This document shows, piece after piece, positions 1 to 12,000 of a stretch of 64,000 nt of DNA. The position numbers and the translations under genes are program-made. The notes below the pieces were generated by a model. The model searched no databases. It was given only the letters and a program-made list of their open reading frames with translations, and was not told where the DNA came from. How positions within the stretch are numbered: the stretch's first letter is position 1; each line of letters opens with the position of its first letter. The DNA is from Azolla caroliniana (Eukaryota > Plantae > Polypodiophyta): positions 7,688,001-7,752,000 of the forward strand of contig JBHGNT010000020.1 in the NCBI GenBank assembly GCA_043228905.1. The letters are read 5' to 3'.

Positions 1-1260
1 GAGGTTGTTCTGAAGAAAAGGAAAAAATTACTGCAATTATGGAAGAAGTTGCCTTTGTTCATAATCTCCTCTCAAAGAACATTATGGAAATATCATCACC
101 CCTAGTCCTTGCCCTGACCACTTCTTTTGTATATAATACTCTCTGATTTTACATTTTTGGAGCCCTCCAACGCTTTTCTTAATACTATTGAAGGAAATCT
201 TTTTTTAATAATAAAAAACACCCTTCTCTTTTATCTTATGCCTCACTAGATCTCACTCTTCATCCTCAACTCTAGTTCTTCATTAGTACATACTCCATTA
301 TCCTCCCCAACACCTCTAACATGACCCTGAACTTTAGAATCTCATGCTAACCCATAATATGTTCCCTCACCCGTGACCATATCAACTGTTGAGATGACAA
401 TATTCTTCTCTACATCTTCCTTATTTTCCCCTTTGACATAGTTTTCCATGGATGGTTCACCATGATGTTGGCATTCAGCCATAAAATGCCCCAATTGACC
501 ACATTAAAAACAATGTCCTGCAAAAGTTTCCCACTAAAGCTTAAAATGAAATTAACCAAATTGAGATGTATATATACTCAACCATCTTGGAAGTTTACAA
601 CTCATGTCCCATAACATGCAAAATTTATATTTGTTCAAAGAATTAACATGAAGACTTTACCAATTTGAGGCTTCAATTCTGGTAGTAATTCCCAAAAGAA
701 TGAGTTACAACAATCAACAGTCACCCAAATTGGACATTGTTGTTTTAATAAATCGTCATATAATCCACCACCGGAACCCATTCCATCATATGCACTAATC
801 TTCTATAAAAAAAGATTGGTACCTTTGCCATCAAAGCAGTACAATGTTTTGACAATCGGAAAACCACATCATAAAAACCTCTTGGACCCACATACACATC
901 CTCAATACAATTAGGCATTATGAATGAATTCAACCACGGCTTAATTCATGATACTAAAGGAAGTTTACTAGTGAAATACAAAATAACACCACAATCATAA
1001 GATTTGTTAAAAGTTGTTAACATGGACTTAGTCTCAATCACCATCTCTACGACATCCTCTTCTACACAATCCTTAGCATCTTTCGCATTTTTCTCCATAA
1101 AATCAGAAAGTGAAGCCTTAACAAAATCACAACGATTGTCAACATCATAATCATCACCAACAACATATTTCCCACCAAGAATTGTAGCGTATGATGTTTT
1201 CTCATGGTCTGTAGAATCGATATGTTTTTTTTTGCCGTTTGTAATTTTCACAACCATCAT
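1..1260 (-). mobile_element. Degraded L1-type LINE, ORF1 region (DUF4283-like plus CCHC zinc knuckle); continues off the left edge
   Basis: Minus-strand fragments read ...GFYDVVF...VHMMEWVP... (745-933), CPIWVTV (~715-740) and the knuckle CF*CGQLGHFMAEC (~472-515). Many stops and frameshifts. Confidence 0.7.
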
Positions 1261-2539
1261 GATTTACTACCACATCCATCGACAATCATCCACTCACTTC
1301 TTGCTATCATGTCAGAGATTGAGAGAACTAACCTGAGACAATGACAATTCTCCTTATAACTTCTTGTAGCGACCGCGGAACTTAATGTCCAAATAATCAT
1401 TGGAAAGCTCTCTGAACGAGCTTCGCAACGAGCCAAAAATCAGAAGAAAGGGAGTTCCGAGGACCGAGTTACATACATCAGAAACATGTTTTAACACTAT
1501 CATTGCAACGTCATTGCTAATCTCTCTCAGTCTGTGAAGGTGAAGGTTAGGTTCTGGGTTCAAATCCCATTTCTCTCTGAAGCCCTTCGCTCGTCTCTTC
1601 TCTCTCAAGCCTTTCTCTCTTGTGCGTGGAAAGCTCGGCGATGGCAGACAAGGATGACAGAAAGCGGCACACCTCCTCCTGCTCAGGTAAAAACACAGAG
1701 AGAGAGAGAGAGACATAACGAGATGAGATGAAATAAAGGTTTGTATGACGCCAAAAGCCACAGCCACCCATCATCTTCTGAGTCATAAACGAGTATAAGT
1801 TTCAGGTATATAGTCTAATACAAAAGAATTACGCAAATACACAGTGGGGTCGAATGTTGTCTCATCTATGAATCAAATGATGATGGAGCTAATGAAATGA
1901 GACCATCAAACTACCAGAAGTGTCTACCTGCTGTTGTAATCTCATGTATTTTCTGATCTATCTATGAAATGAAATGATGCTATTAAAATGCGCTCATTTA
2001 CCCTGCTTATGTGCTTCTTCCGATGTTTTTCAAATGATGAGGTGATGATATTAATGATTTTGCCAACCTTTTGTTAAAGACCGAAGTTGGCCTATGAGAT
2101 GCATCTATCGGCTGTACAAAAGGCTGTTCATCCATTATGGGGAATGTTACAAAAAAAAATAGTACAAGAATGATAGCAGCAGGGAAGTGAAATGCCTATA
2201 TGATCTCGTGGCACAAGGATGATGAGGAGTACCGACTCCCAAATCTAACTAATTCAATATATCTGCCCCAGTGTTGTAAAATGATGAAATGCAGCTAAAA
2301 ATACACCTATCTCCATCATGGTGCGAAGGTGAATCAATCGAGTCTCAGAGGGTCTTGCCCATCTAGACTGGTCTCTTGTGAGCGACAAGGGACTAATAAG
2401 AGGTGAATCTCCTTGTTCCATGTATGATGGAGTCTGGGGATCAGTGTTCTGGCGCTCGTGATTGTGTCTGGGATCTAATCCTCTCTCCACATGCGATAAA
2501 TTGTAGAAATATGTCCCTCCTCCCCCCCTGTGGTGTGAG

Positions 2540-4450
2540 TGTTATGTGTATCTTTAAAATTCCTCTCGTTGATTCTTGATCTTAAGCAAACAATCACCAA
2601 CTGACACTGATCTCCAAACTCGATCATCTTTTGAGAGGAGTATCCTTTGATGAATATATCCTCATATCTGCTTCTCATATGGCATATACATGGCACCTAC
2701 AAACGAAATGATCCTCACCCTCTACCTGCTCAGTGCATATCTGCCATATCGTCTTTGCTTTGTGGATGCTGATGACTTATCTCATCTTGTTCTCTATATT
2801 CTGTATTCTGGCAATTGTAGCTTACCTTTTGCTACCTATGAACTGTGAGCCATGCATATATCTTTTTTCTCGAGGAACTCAGAAACCATATGCTAAAATT
2901 GTCATAAAGTTGTGCCAATAGTATGTAACATATTGCGAGATGGAGATCTGTATAGGAAGAGTAGATATCTACTCATTATCCACCTCTATTGTATCTAGAG
3001 CTGCTATAAGTCACGTCTGAGCACTGTATTCTGTTACCATGTGAGAGGCAGATGAAAAATGAGTCTGGATTATACCAGAAAGGAGGGATTCTATCCATAT
3101 GCCCAGGTGCCCGAAACCATTCTCTGATCAGCAAGTACACTAAAGCATTCTTGCCTGACGCATCGAGCTACCTAGAGGCCCCAAGCTCCTGATACACATG
3201 AGGCTATCTGGTGATAACTCTCTCAACCTCGAGGTAAAACCAATCTCAATAAGGTGAATAGCCATCTCAACCTTCTATAAGGTGAATAAGGTGGAGGTAG
3301 TAAGGCGATACTCCAATGGCTGTGGTAAGTAGGGTTTGTGAGGAACATGAACAAGATTTCTGCATAAGAATGCGATAGTTGTGGATCCTTGATCGGGGTT
3401 AGGGTTAGGGATTCTCTGATATGTCCCCAGTTAGTGACTGAATGTTTGCTCATGAAGAGGTGACCTTAATCTCAATATTTTGTTTCCTCATAAGAATGCT
3501 TTTTTTGGCATGAAAGAGTTTGCATTTGAATGCAAGCTATTTTTGTGTAATCTTTCCAAGCCTTTCATTTGTATGAATTTGTGAATGCATCTCTTTACAA
3601 TCCTCATTATAGCAATGTGTTTGGGACAAATTTTCAGGAAAGTGGTATCTGGATGGTGTGTGATAATGAGAAATATTGATGGCAGAGGTATAGGGTACAG
3701 TAGAGAGTTGGGAGGTGAGGGCATCAAGGGATGTGGTTGGGTAGAGTCCTTGTTGAACCTGCTGATATAAGTTTCTGTTGGTTCATGTCACCAAGTGGGA
3801 AGGGTGGGATGGTGAAGGTTTTGATGGTCTGGGTGGCTTCCCTTGTCACGAGATATAATCAACTGTGCTCCTACAGCCTCCTAGGGGAAACATGTAAGAT
3901 CCCTAGAATATGGCCATGAGTTCATCTCAGTGCAGATAACTAGGTTGTGTCAAGATCCTACCTCTAATAGACATTTTCCATATCCTGTGTTGTCTAGTTC
4001 TGAGTATACTAAGATTCTATGTGTTTCTGAGTCCTCCAAAGATATTGAGTGCATCATCTTTGGGTCTTCCAAGCCAAAGGTATCACATTGTCTATTTTGC
4101 ATCCTGGTGTTGAAGTCTTGTGAGGGATACTTTGCCTAGACTTGAGTACTCGATAATGCTCTCAGATAGGACACTATAGGATGATTCAATTCCTTTGTTT
4201 CTCTTGGTTACTTTATTGATGCCGTGTACATCTGCACATTTTGATCCCTTAGGGGGGGAAGTAACATAGTGCAATAAATTCAACTTGTGTCTCTGAGAGC
4301 TCAAGTCGGATCCACCTGTACTCAGCCTCTGGATCCTGTCCTGTCCTGCTGTCTGTGTGCATGGATGTTTTATCCCACCTTACCCATGTAATATACTTTG
4401 TCTAGTGGTTTTCCTGCATGTGGATTCCTATTGAAAGTTCTCCACTTTAG
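2540..4450 (-). mobile_element. Degraded, internally deleted LINE ORF2 (APE endonuclease plus C-terminal zinc finger), RTE/RTEX-like; its 5' part may extend to ~5340
   Basis: APE motifs on the minus strand: WIRLEL...FIALCYFPPKGS (~4245-4320), a frameshifted (G)DFNTRM (~4100-4120), GYGKCLLE and GGCRSTVDYI (~3850-3990). C-terminal WQICTEQVEGEDHFVCRC..Y..RSRY at ~2665-2747. No YADD RT core found between them. Confidence 0.6.
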
Positions 4451-5353
4451 ATAGACCATTCTCTGGGCTTTGTTGCATGTCTGCAATGAGGAGCATGTCT
4501 CGTCCTGCTATGACCTATTCCATGCTTTGGTTTGTACATAGTGCTCCGTTGCAGTTCCAAACTGCAATGTGTAGCTTTGATTGTGTTGTTGCATTGGCTA
4601 CGAATCCCTTTTTGATAGCCTTCCCATTCATAATGAGGTGACCAGCCTGGTAAACTGTCATAGATCAATCCAGCAATGCCTGTCTAGGGGTCAAAACCCT
4701 TTGATTCTTGGCTCAAACTGCATGATCTGATGAAATTTTTTAAGATCACAGTGTTTGTTAACTGTCAAGCTAAGGAGAATACAACAATTGCCAACGACCA
4801 AGCGTGTGAAGAATCCATGGTAATGTGAAGAATCATTCTTCTGGAAGATACAACTGCAGCACTCCTTGCTGTTGCCTGTAATATCTACTAATGCCTTTCT
4901 TCTCGTTGTGGTTCTGTCAATCTTTCAAGTTTCTTCTGTCACCTTGCTTGGTAGTAACTGTAGTGCTGAGCCACCAACCACCGTTGTGAGGGTAGTAATT
5001 GTTGTTGCCACCATTGCCTTGGGTGGTGTTTTGTTCCTTACTATTGGGACCCATGGGGTTGTTGGTTGGTGTCAATCATGCCTAGTGTTGAGCTTATTTC
5101 CAGGCCAATATAAACGTAGTGGTCATGCAATGGAAAGGTCGATTGTTTTAAGTTTTTTTATGTTACTGTTCTTTTGGATTTGCATGGGGATGTGGCTTTG
5201 TGGTGAGTGGTTATGCTGCCTTCCTCTAAATTCGAGAATTCCATTTGGAGTTATTTTGAATTTGTTCACAAATGAGAGCAACAGTTGTATCTTCCATAGC
5301 TAATTGCTCCTAAATTTGTTAATCAGGTCGCCTAGTTTGAGCTTTATTTGTTT

Positions 5354-5373
5354 GGCCCAAGGGTGTAGGGTTT
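5354..5373 (+). promoter_or_regulatory. Site II motif (GGCCCA) plus telo-box (TAGGGTTT); candidate promoter of the SNI1-like gene
   Basis: GGCCCA at 5354-5359 and TAGGGTTT at 5366-5373, ~720 bp upstream of the ATG. A CAG acceptor at 6085-6087 suggests a 5'UTR intron. This motif pair is typical of plant cell-cycle/housekeeping promoters, but both motifs are short. Confidence 0.3.
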
Positions 5374-6089
5374 GCTGCAAAGCATGAAGACGCTTGTCCT
5401 CTAGACAGAGGCGACTAAATTAAAGGGAGAAAGGCAGAAAGAATGAAAGTTCTTTTAATGTTCATTGGAAAAAGTTTAACCTTGATCTATGTAACCAAAC
5501 AAGTACTATGTTTTTGAGATAAATAATTGTGTACATGCATATGTGAAAACAGGCCTTTATTCTCTTGAGGTGTTTTGAATTCTTCAATAACGATCATACC
5601 ATGATAATACATTGTCTTCCCCGTGTAAGAGAAAAAGGCATATAGAAAAGTAGAAATCTGTTTTAGTATATCAATTTCATTAGGTTCTGGTACTAGGCAC
5701 AAATTCAACCAGATAAATTGTGGATTGTGTGATAAATTTTGACCATTAACAGATAATTGGGAAATTGATATTCAGTGCTACAAGACACAATTGATCTTAA
5801 TTATAATGAAGTAGAAAAAGAGAGAAGAAATTGATAAAAGTTTCATAAGCATGAATCGTATTTTTACCATGCCATCTTGGAAAAATAAAAAATATCAATG
5901 TTACTTTTTCTATGTTTATAACAAGAATCTATTTGATTTTTTATTAATGGAAGATCAATCATGCCTAAAAGGTACTCATATTATCCACATTACCATATAT
6001 GAGGGTTAGTTTTGAAATTCTTTCCAAGAATTAATTCCTGTCTTGTGCTAGCATTCAAGCATCGCTTATTAATGTTTGAATCCACAGGA

Positions 6090-9000
6090 ATGTTATTAGC
6101 CAAAGAGCTAGGAGATATTGGTCAAGTGATCGAAGACAATGTTTTAGCATTGCTGGACTCTAATGGAGTGAAGAATTCAGATGATATTGAAGATGACAGT
6201 ATGCATCCTATCTAATTTGACTTCATTCTTTATCAGACACATTCACACTATATGTATTGCTCTTTATAGATGATTATTCAAGCTCATCTTTATTTTGATG
6301 TAGAGATTTCTTATATTGAGGCTGTACATGCATTATGCATTGCAGGCAAGCAACGGAAGGCTCCCACAAGGTATGCAAGTTCTCATTAATGTTGATATAA
6401 AATTTTTAATATGCATTTCAAAGGCAATGTCACCAAATTTATACGATACTGCATAACATGTTGTATAAAGATCATATAAATGTTGTCATAAGCAATTTAA
6501 TATGCATTTCAAAGGTTATATATCTCAAATTCTGTATAGGAGAGTACACGAAGCTGTTTTTAAGATACTTGAAGCAAATGAGACCATGGAATTAACTATG
6601 GCGAGCTATGCGCTTCTTGTTGAAATTGCACAAGTAAGTGTATTGATAAGTACGCAAGAGTCGATGATTGTCATAAGCATTGAATTGTTCTGTGTATTCA
6701 TACAAAAAATATTGCTTATGACTCAACTTCATTATAATGCTTGATGTGTAGGATGATACCAATAATGCTAACAAGATCATAATTATAATTGTGATACCTG
6801 GATAAAGAAAAGATTCTGGGTAATTCCAAGGTGTTGGAAAATGCATTTAGATTTTATTTTTCTCTTCAGGAAATCATCCAAGACTTGTTGCAAACATGAT
6901 CACCAATTTTTAGAGTAGAAAATGTGTTTTTATTATAATCTATGCACGAGAGCTTTTTTTTATATATTTTGTACATGGATAGTTTTAACCATGTGTATGC
7001 TGTAGAGCTTACCTCTTCATGGAATCAACTCATTGCTTTCCCTTGCAGCAATATCCCCACATTACCATAGAACAAGAAACTCTCAATGGAAGAATGAAAG
7101 AAGTCATGATTCGTAATAAGGTTGAGGTTTATAAGTAGTTTTTTATTTGCAGGTGTTCATGTAACATGGTTGTTTTTGGTTGACATGAAGTGATAATTAT
7201 GCAGATATGGACTCCATTTCATGAAGAATCTGATGTTGAAGAAAGGGCTAGAGGAAGACGTCAAGCAAATTCTATTCAGATATATTCCAATGTACAGTTT
7301 ATTGCTTTGTTTTCTGATAGTATTGATATTAGGGAAAACTGCTGCTGCATTATAGAGGAAAGAATTGTTTGTATTCTGCAAGGTGGGAGATCTCAGAGGA
7401 ATGAATCTGTGCATTATCTTCTGTTTTATGGAAATTTTCTTACATCTAGTGTATGTCTATCAAATTGCACGAATATTTCTGTATTTCTTACAAGTTTGTT
7501 TCCATTCCGAAGGCCATTATTCTTCTACAAGAAATTCGAGAAAAACTTGAAAGAGATCCCCAGATTTTTCACAAATCAGAAGAGAATATAAAGGAGAATC
7601 AGAAGGCAAGTTCTTGGGCTGGAAAGTTCTTTTTAGTAATACATGATAAACATACTGTTCATTATCAGATTAAGATACTGTCATTTTTCATTCACTCAAC
7701 CATGGTTAGGTGACTGGAATGTTGATGAAATTCAAGTATCTCTGTCATGTACTGGACCATGATTTCAAATGTCGCTTCCAGGTTTATAGAAGTAAGTACT
7801 TTATTTCTTTCCATAGATCACAGGTTAAGCTAAAAGCCAACTCCAAATGTGATGATATCAACTGGTTTTATAAGATTATTCCTCGATCCACATTGTAGTA
7901 AGGTTATGACGCCTTTTAATTTGGCTCTTTGAACCATAGATAGGTGTCTCGCACCACCTCCCAGCTGGAGATGATATGTTAACACAAAAGGGCTCACAAC
8001 AAACCTTGACAACAAGGTCATTGTTGGGTGTGTGTGGAAGAGTGAGAGACACACAAGACGCACAAATGCATCACTCACACAAAGAAGACAATGGCTGGAA
8101 TGGCTCTCTATTGATGAATAATACAAAACTAGTAAGAGCTGAATATATATCCCTAAGTACTAAGTACCGCCACATATGAGTGAATCATGTATGTGGTAAC
8201 ATGGGGAAAAAACCTCTAGCCAGCACTAGAGTAAAACGTGCCCATGTATAGGGAAAAGGTTCACATCAAAGCCGCTCAAGGAACACGTAAGTGTAACAGA
8301 CCCCCCTGGAGCGAATGATGTGAACACATACAGGGAGTGACAGATCAGCCCCCCACAAGGCAATAAGCCTAAAGCTTTGCGAAAAGCTTCAAACTTTTCT
8401 CATGGAAGAGCTTTGGTGAATATGTCTGCCACATTATCTTGTGTAGGCACATATACCAAATCAATGTCTCTTGCATGAAGGCACTCTCTCACATAGTGAT
8501 AATGCACCTCAATATGTTTGGTCCGTACATGAAATACAGGATTTCGTGCAACAGCCAATGCACTCTGACTATCTGTGAGAATATGTGTAGCAACATCAAT
8601 CTCCGTGCAAATATCCATCAAAAGGTGTCTCAGCTATATACGATCCGCTGTAGCTGTGCAAACTGCCCTGTACTCAGCATCACAACTCGATGTCGCCACT
8701 GTAGGTTGCTTTTGTTTCCAAGGAAAAAGCAATTACCACTAGTGGACACAAGAGTATCGTAACAACCAGCCCAATCACTATATGTAGAAGCATGCAAGCA
8801 TGGCTGAGTATCTCTGCCATAAAAGAGACCCAAGCTCAAAGTGCCTCTGAGATATCTAAACACACGTTTCACTGCTTGCCAATGCTTAGTGTTAGGGCTA
8901 TGCATGAATCGACTCAACTAGGAAACTGCATACTGTATATCCGCCCTTGTATTGCATGCATATATAAGACATCCCACAACTTGTTGATAAAGAGAAGTAT

Positions 9001-12000
9001 CAAATGCATCACTAGAATCCTCAACTGAGAACCTAAATCCTGTCTCCACAGGTGTAGAAACTGGCTTGCAATCCTCAAAGTCAAAACGCTGAAGTAGTCG
9101 CTCTTGCAAGACAGCAAAGGATGCTTGGGATACTCTTACCACTTTGTACCAAGCAAGAAATGAGGCTCGTGTTGCTTATCTCCGAAAACAGTTGGAGAGC
9201 GAGCACATGAATGATTCTGATTCTATGGACAGTTTTCTTACAAAAATCAAAGATTTAAAGGAACAATTAATTTTTGCTGATGAAATAATACCAGATAGTT
9301 CACTTGTGCAGACCGTTCTAAATGGTCTTCCTGATTCATATCAGAGTTTTGCTTCTACTCTTCGTTTAATGATGAAAGGTAATCCCGATGCCTTATCATT
9401 CGAGGAGTTAGTTTTTATTTTGTTACAGGAAGATAACTCTAGGCAAAACAGGTCTATTATGCGTGTTGCAAATCAAGCTTTCCTAGCTAATCAAAAGGGC
9501 AAAGGTAAATGGAACTCATTTCCTAGCAAGCAGAGATTTGCTAATACTTCACAAGTGAATGAAAAAACACAAGAGCAGAAACAAAAAATGTTTTGTAAAT
9601 ACTATAAAGGAACTGATCATATTACAAAGAATTGTCCAAAATTGGATGCAAAAGAGGCAGGACTCGCTGCAGAAGTCTCTGCACGAAAAACAGAGTTTGC
9701 AAATCCTGTGCAGAATGAAGAATGGGCATTTACTACTGTTTGCAGTTTTGACCCATCTTCACTTGAACAATGTATGTCTGCCGTAGAATCAGATGTTTGG
9801 TACTTCAACAGTGGGGCAACCAAATGTATTACCTCGCAACACAATTTCCTCACTTCATTGGAGGCTGCCCTTATAGGGAATATTGTCACATGCACTAACA
9901 ACTCATCTTATCCAGTTATGGGTTTTGGTAAGATCATTTTGACTACTGCTGATGGTAGTTCTTTCACCTTGTCAGATGCTTTATTTGTGCCAGGGATCGA
10001 GAAAAAATTGTTATCAGTTTCAGCATTAGCCAAGATTGGCTTGGTTGTTAAATTTGTTGATGACAGGTGTACAGTTCATGATTTGTCCAATGGCGATGTA
10101 ATTATTGCTGCTGGCGTTTTATGTCATGGGTTGTATAAGATCGTAGATTATGAAAGATCTATAAATGATTCAGCATGTGCAATACAGGATTCTCAGGCTA
10201 TTTCAGATGCAAAGATTTGGCATGCATGCTTTGGTCATCTGAATTTTGCAAGTTTGCTTCACTTGCAAAAATCTGAAATGGTGTCCTTGCCCAAACCTGA
10301 GGCACCTCGGAAGCATGTTTGTGAAGGTTGTATTTTGGGCAAAATGTATAGTTCATCGTTTCCAAAAGATGGTTTAGTTAGAGCTACGCAGAAATTGCAA
10401 CTTGTCTATAGTGATGTTTGTGGTCCTATGCAGACACATTCTCTTGGGAACTATCTTTATTTCGTGACTTTCATTGATGACTTTTCCAGGCATGCATGGG
10501 TATATCCATTGAAGGCAAAGTCAGAAGTGTTTCTGTGCTTCAAATAGTTTCTAGCTTTGGTTGAAAATTTGTCAGCATGTAAAATGGGCACCCTCTGTTC
10601 TGATTGTGAGGGGGAGTATATGTCTTCTAAGTTTAATGCATTTCTGGCTGAACTTGGGATAAAACATCAGTGTACAATGCCATATATACCTCAATAGAAT
10701 GGAGTTGTTGAAGGAAAGAACAGGTCACTCATGGAAATGGCGAGGTGTATGGTCAAAAGTCAAGCTTTACCACATAGTTTCTGGCTTGAGGTTGTCATGT
10801 GCGCAACATATGTACTTAACAGGTGCCCCACTAAAGCACTACACTCTATCACTCCATATGAGGTTTGGTATGGCCGAAAGCCATATGTTGCTCATCTACG
10901 TGTTTTCGGTTGTTTGGCATATGCATTAGTGCCTAAACAAGAACGCAAAAAATTGGATGATAAAGCAGTGAAATGTATTTTTTTAGGATACAGTTATGAA
11001 AGTAAAGGCTATTGTCTGTATCATCCACAATCTAAACACATTCTAGTTAGTCATGATGTTGTTTTTATGGAAGATGCAATCCAGCCACTTCTTTCATGCA
11101 CACAGGAGATATTAGTTAGCTCCAGAGACGTGTATGACACTTTGTTGCCTCTTTTGACAAATGGACAGTTAAGTGTTGGCCCACTTTAGAAGCTACTCAT
11201 AATGATGCAGATCATTCCATTTCTGATGCATACTTACATGATGCACTTATTAATGAGAGGGCTGATATAGAGGAGGCAAAGATTGTGCCTAAACGGCTGT
11301 TGGCCCACTTTAGAAGCTACTCATAATGATGTAGATCATTCCATTTCTGATGCATACTTACATGATGCACTTATTAATGAGAGGAGGCAAAGATTGTGCC
11401 TAAACGGCTGTTGCAGACTTTGCAAGACAGCAAATTAGATGTTCCTTTGTCATATTGTACGCGTTCATACACTTCCTCATGAAGATCACCATTTAGAAAT
11501 GTTGTTTTTATGTCCAACTGATGTACATTCCAACCATGATGAGCTGCCATTGCACATATGCTACGCACAATAGTCATACGGCAGGTGGGAGCAAAGGTCT
11601 CATCAAAATCAATGCCTTTTTCTTGGGCATAATCTTTCGCAACAAGCCTTGCCTTATACCTATCAACTGTTCCATCATGTTTACACTTTAGCTTATATAC
11701 CCACTTAGTGCTAATAGATCTCAGCCCTGTGGTTTTGTGCAGAAAGAGCATGAACACAAAGTGTACAGGTTGAGAAATGCATTATATGGCTTGAAGCAAG
11801 CACCATGTTCTTGGTATGAAAAGGTACATGCCTATTTGATTGCATTTGGGTTTGAGAATAGTCCAACTGAAAGCACCTTATATGTCAAGCGTGCTGATGA
11901 TGTATTTCTGGTCATGGTTGTGTATGTTGATGATATGTTGCTTATTGGTCCCAATGAGAAGCATATTGCTGACTTTAAGGCTGATTTGCATGCCGCTTTT

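Noticed and set aside
1365-1850. Possible LTR fragment starting TGTAGCG with GA-rich tracts
   Set aside because: No second copy, PBS, PPT or TSD could be identified; left unassigned.
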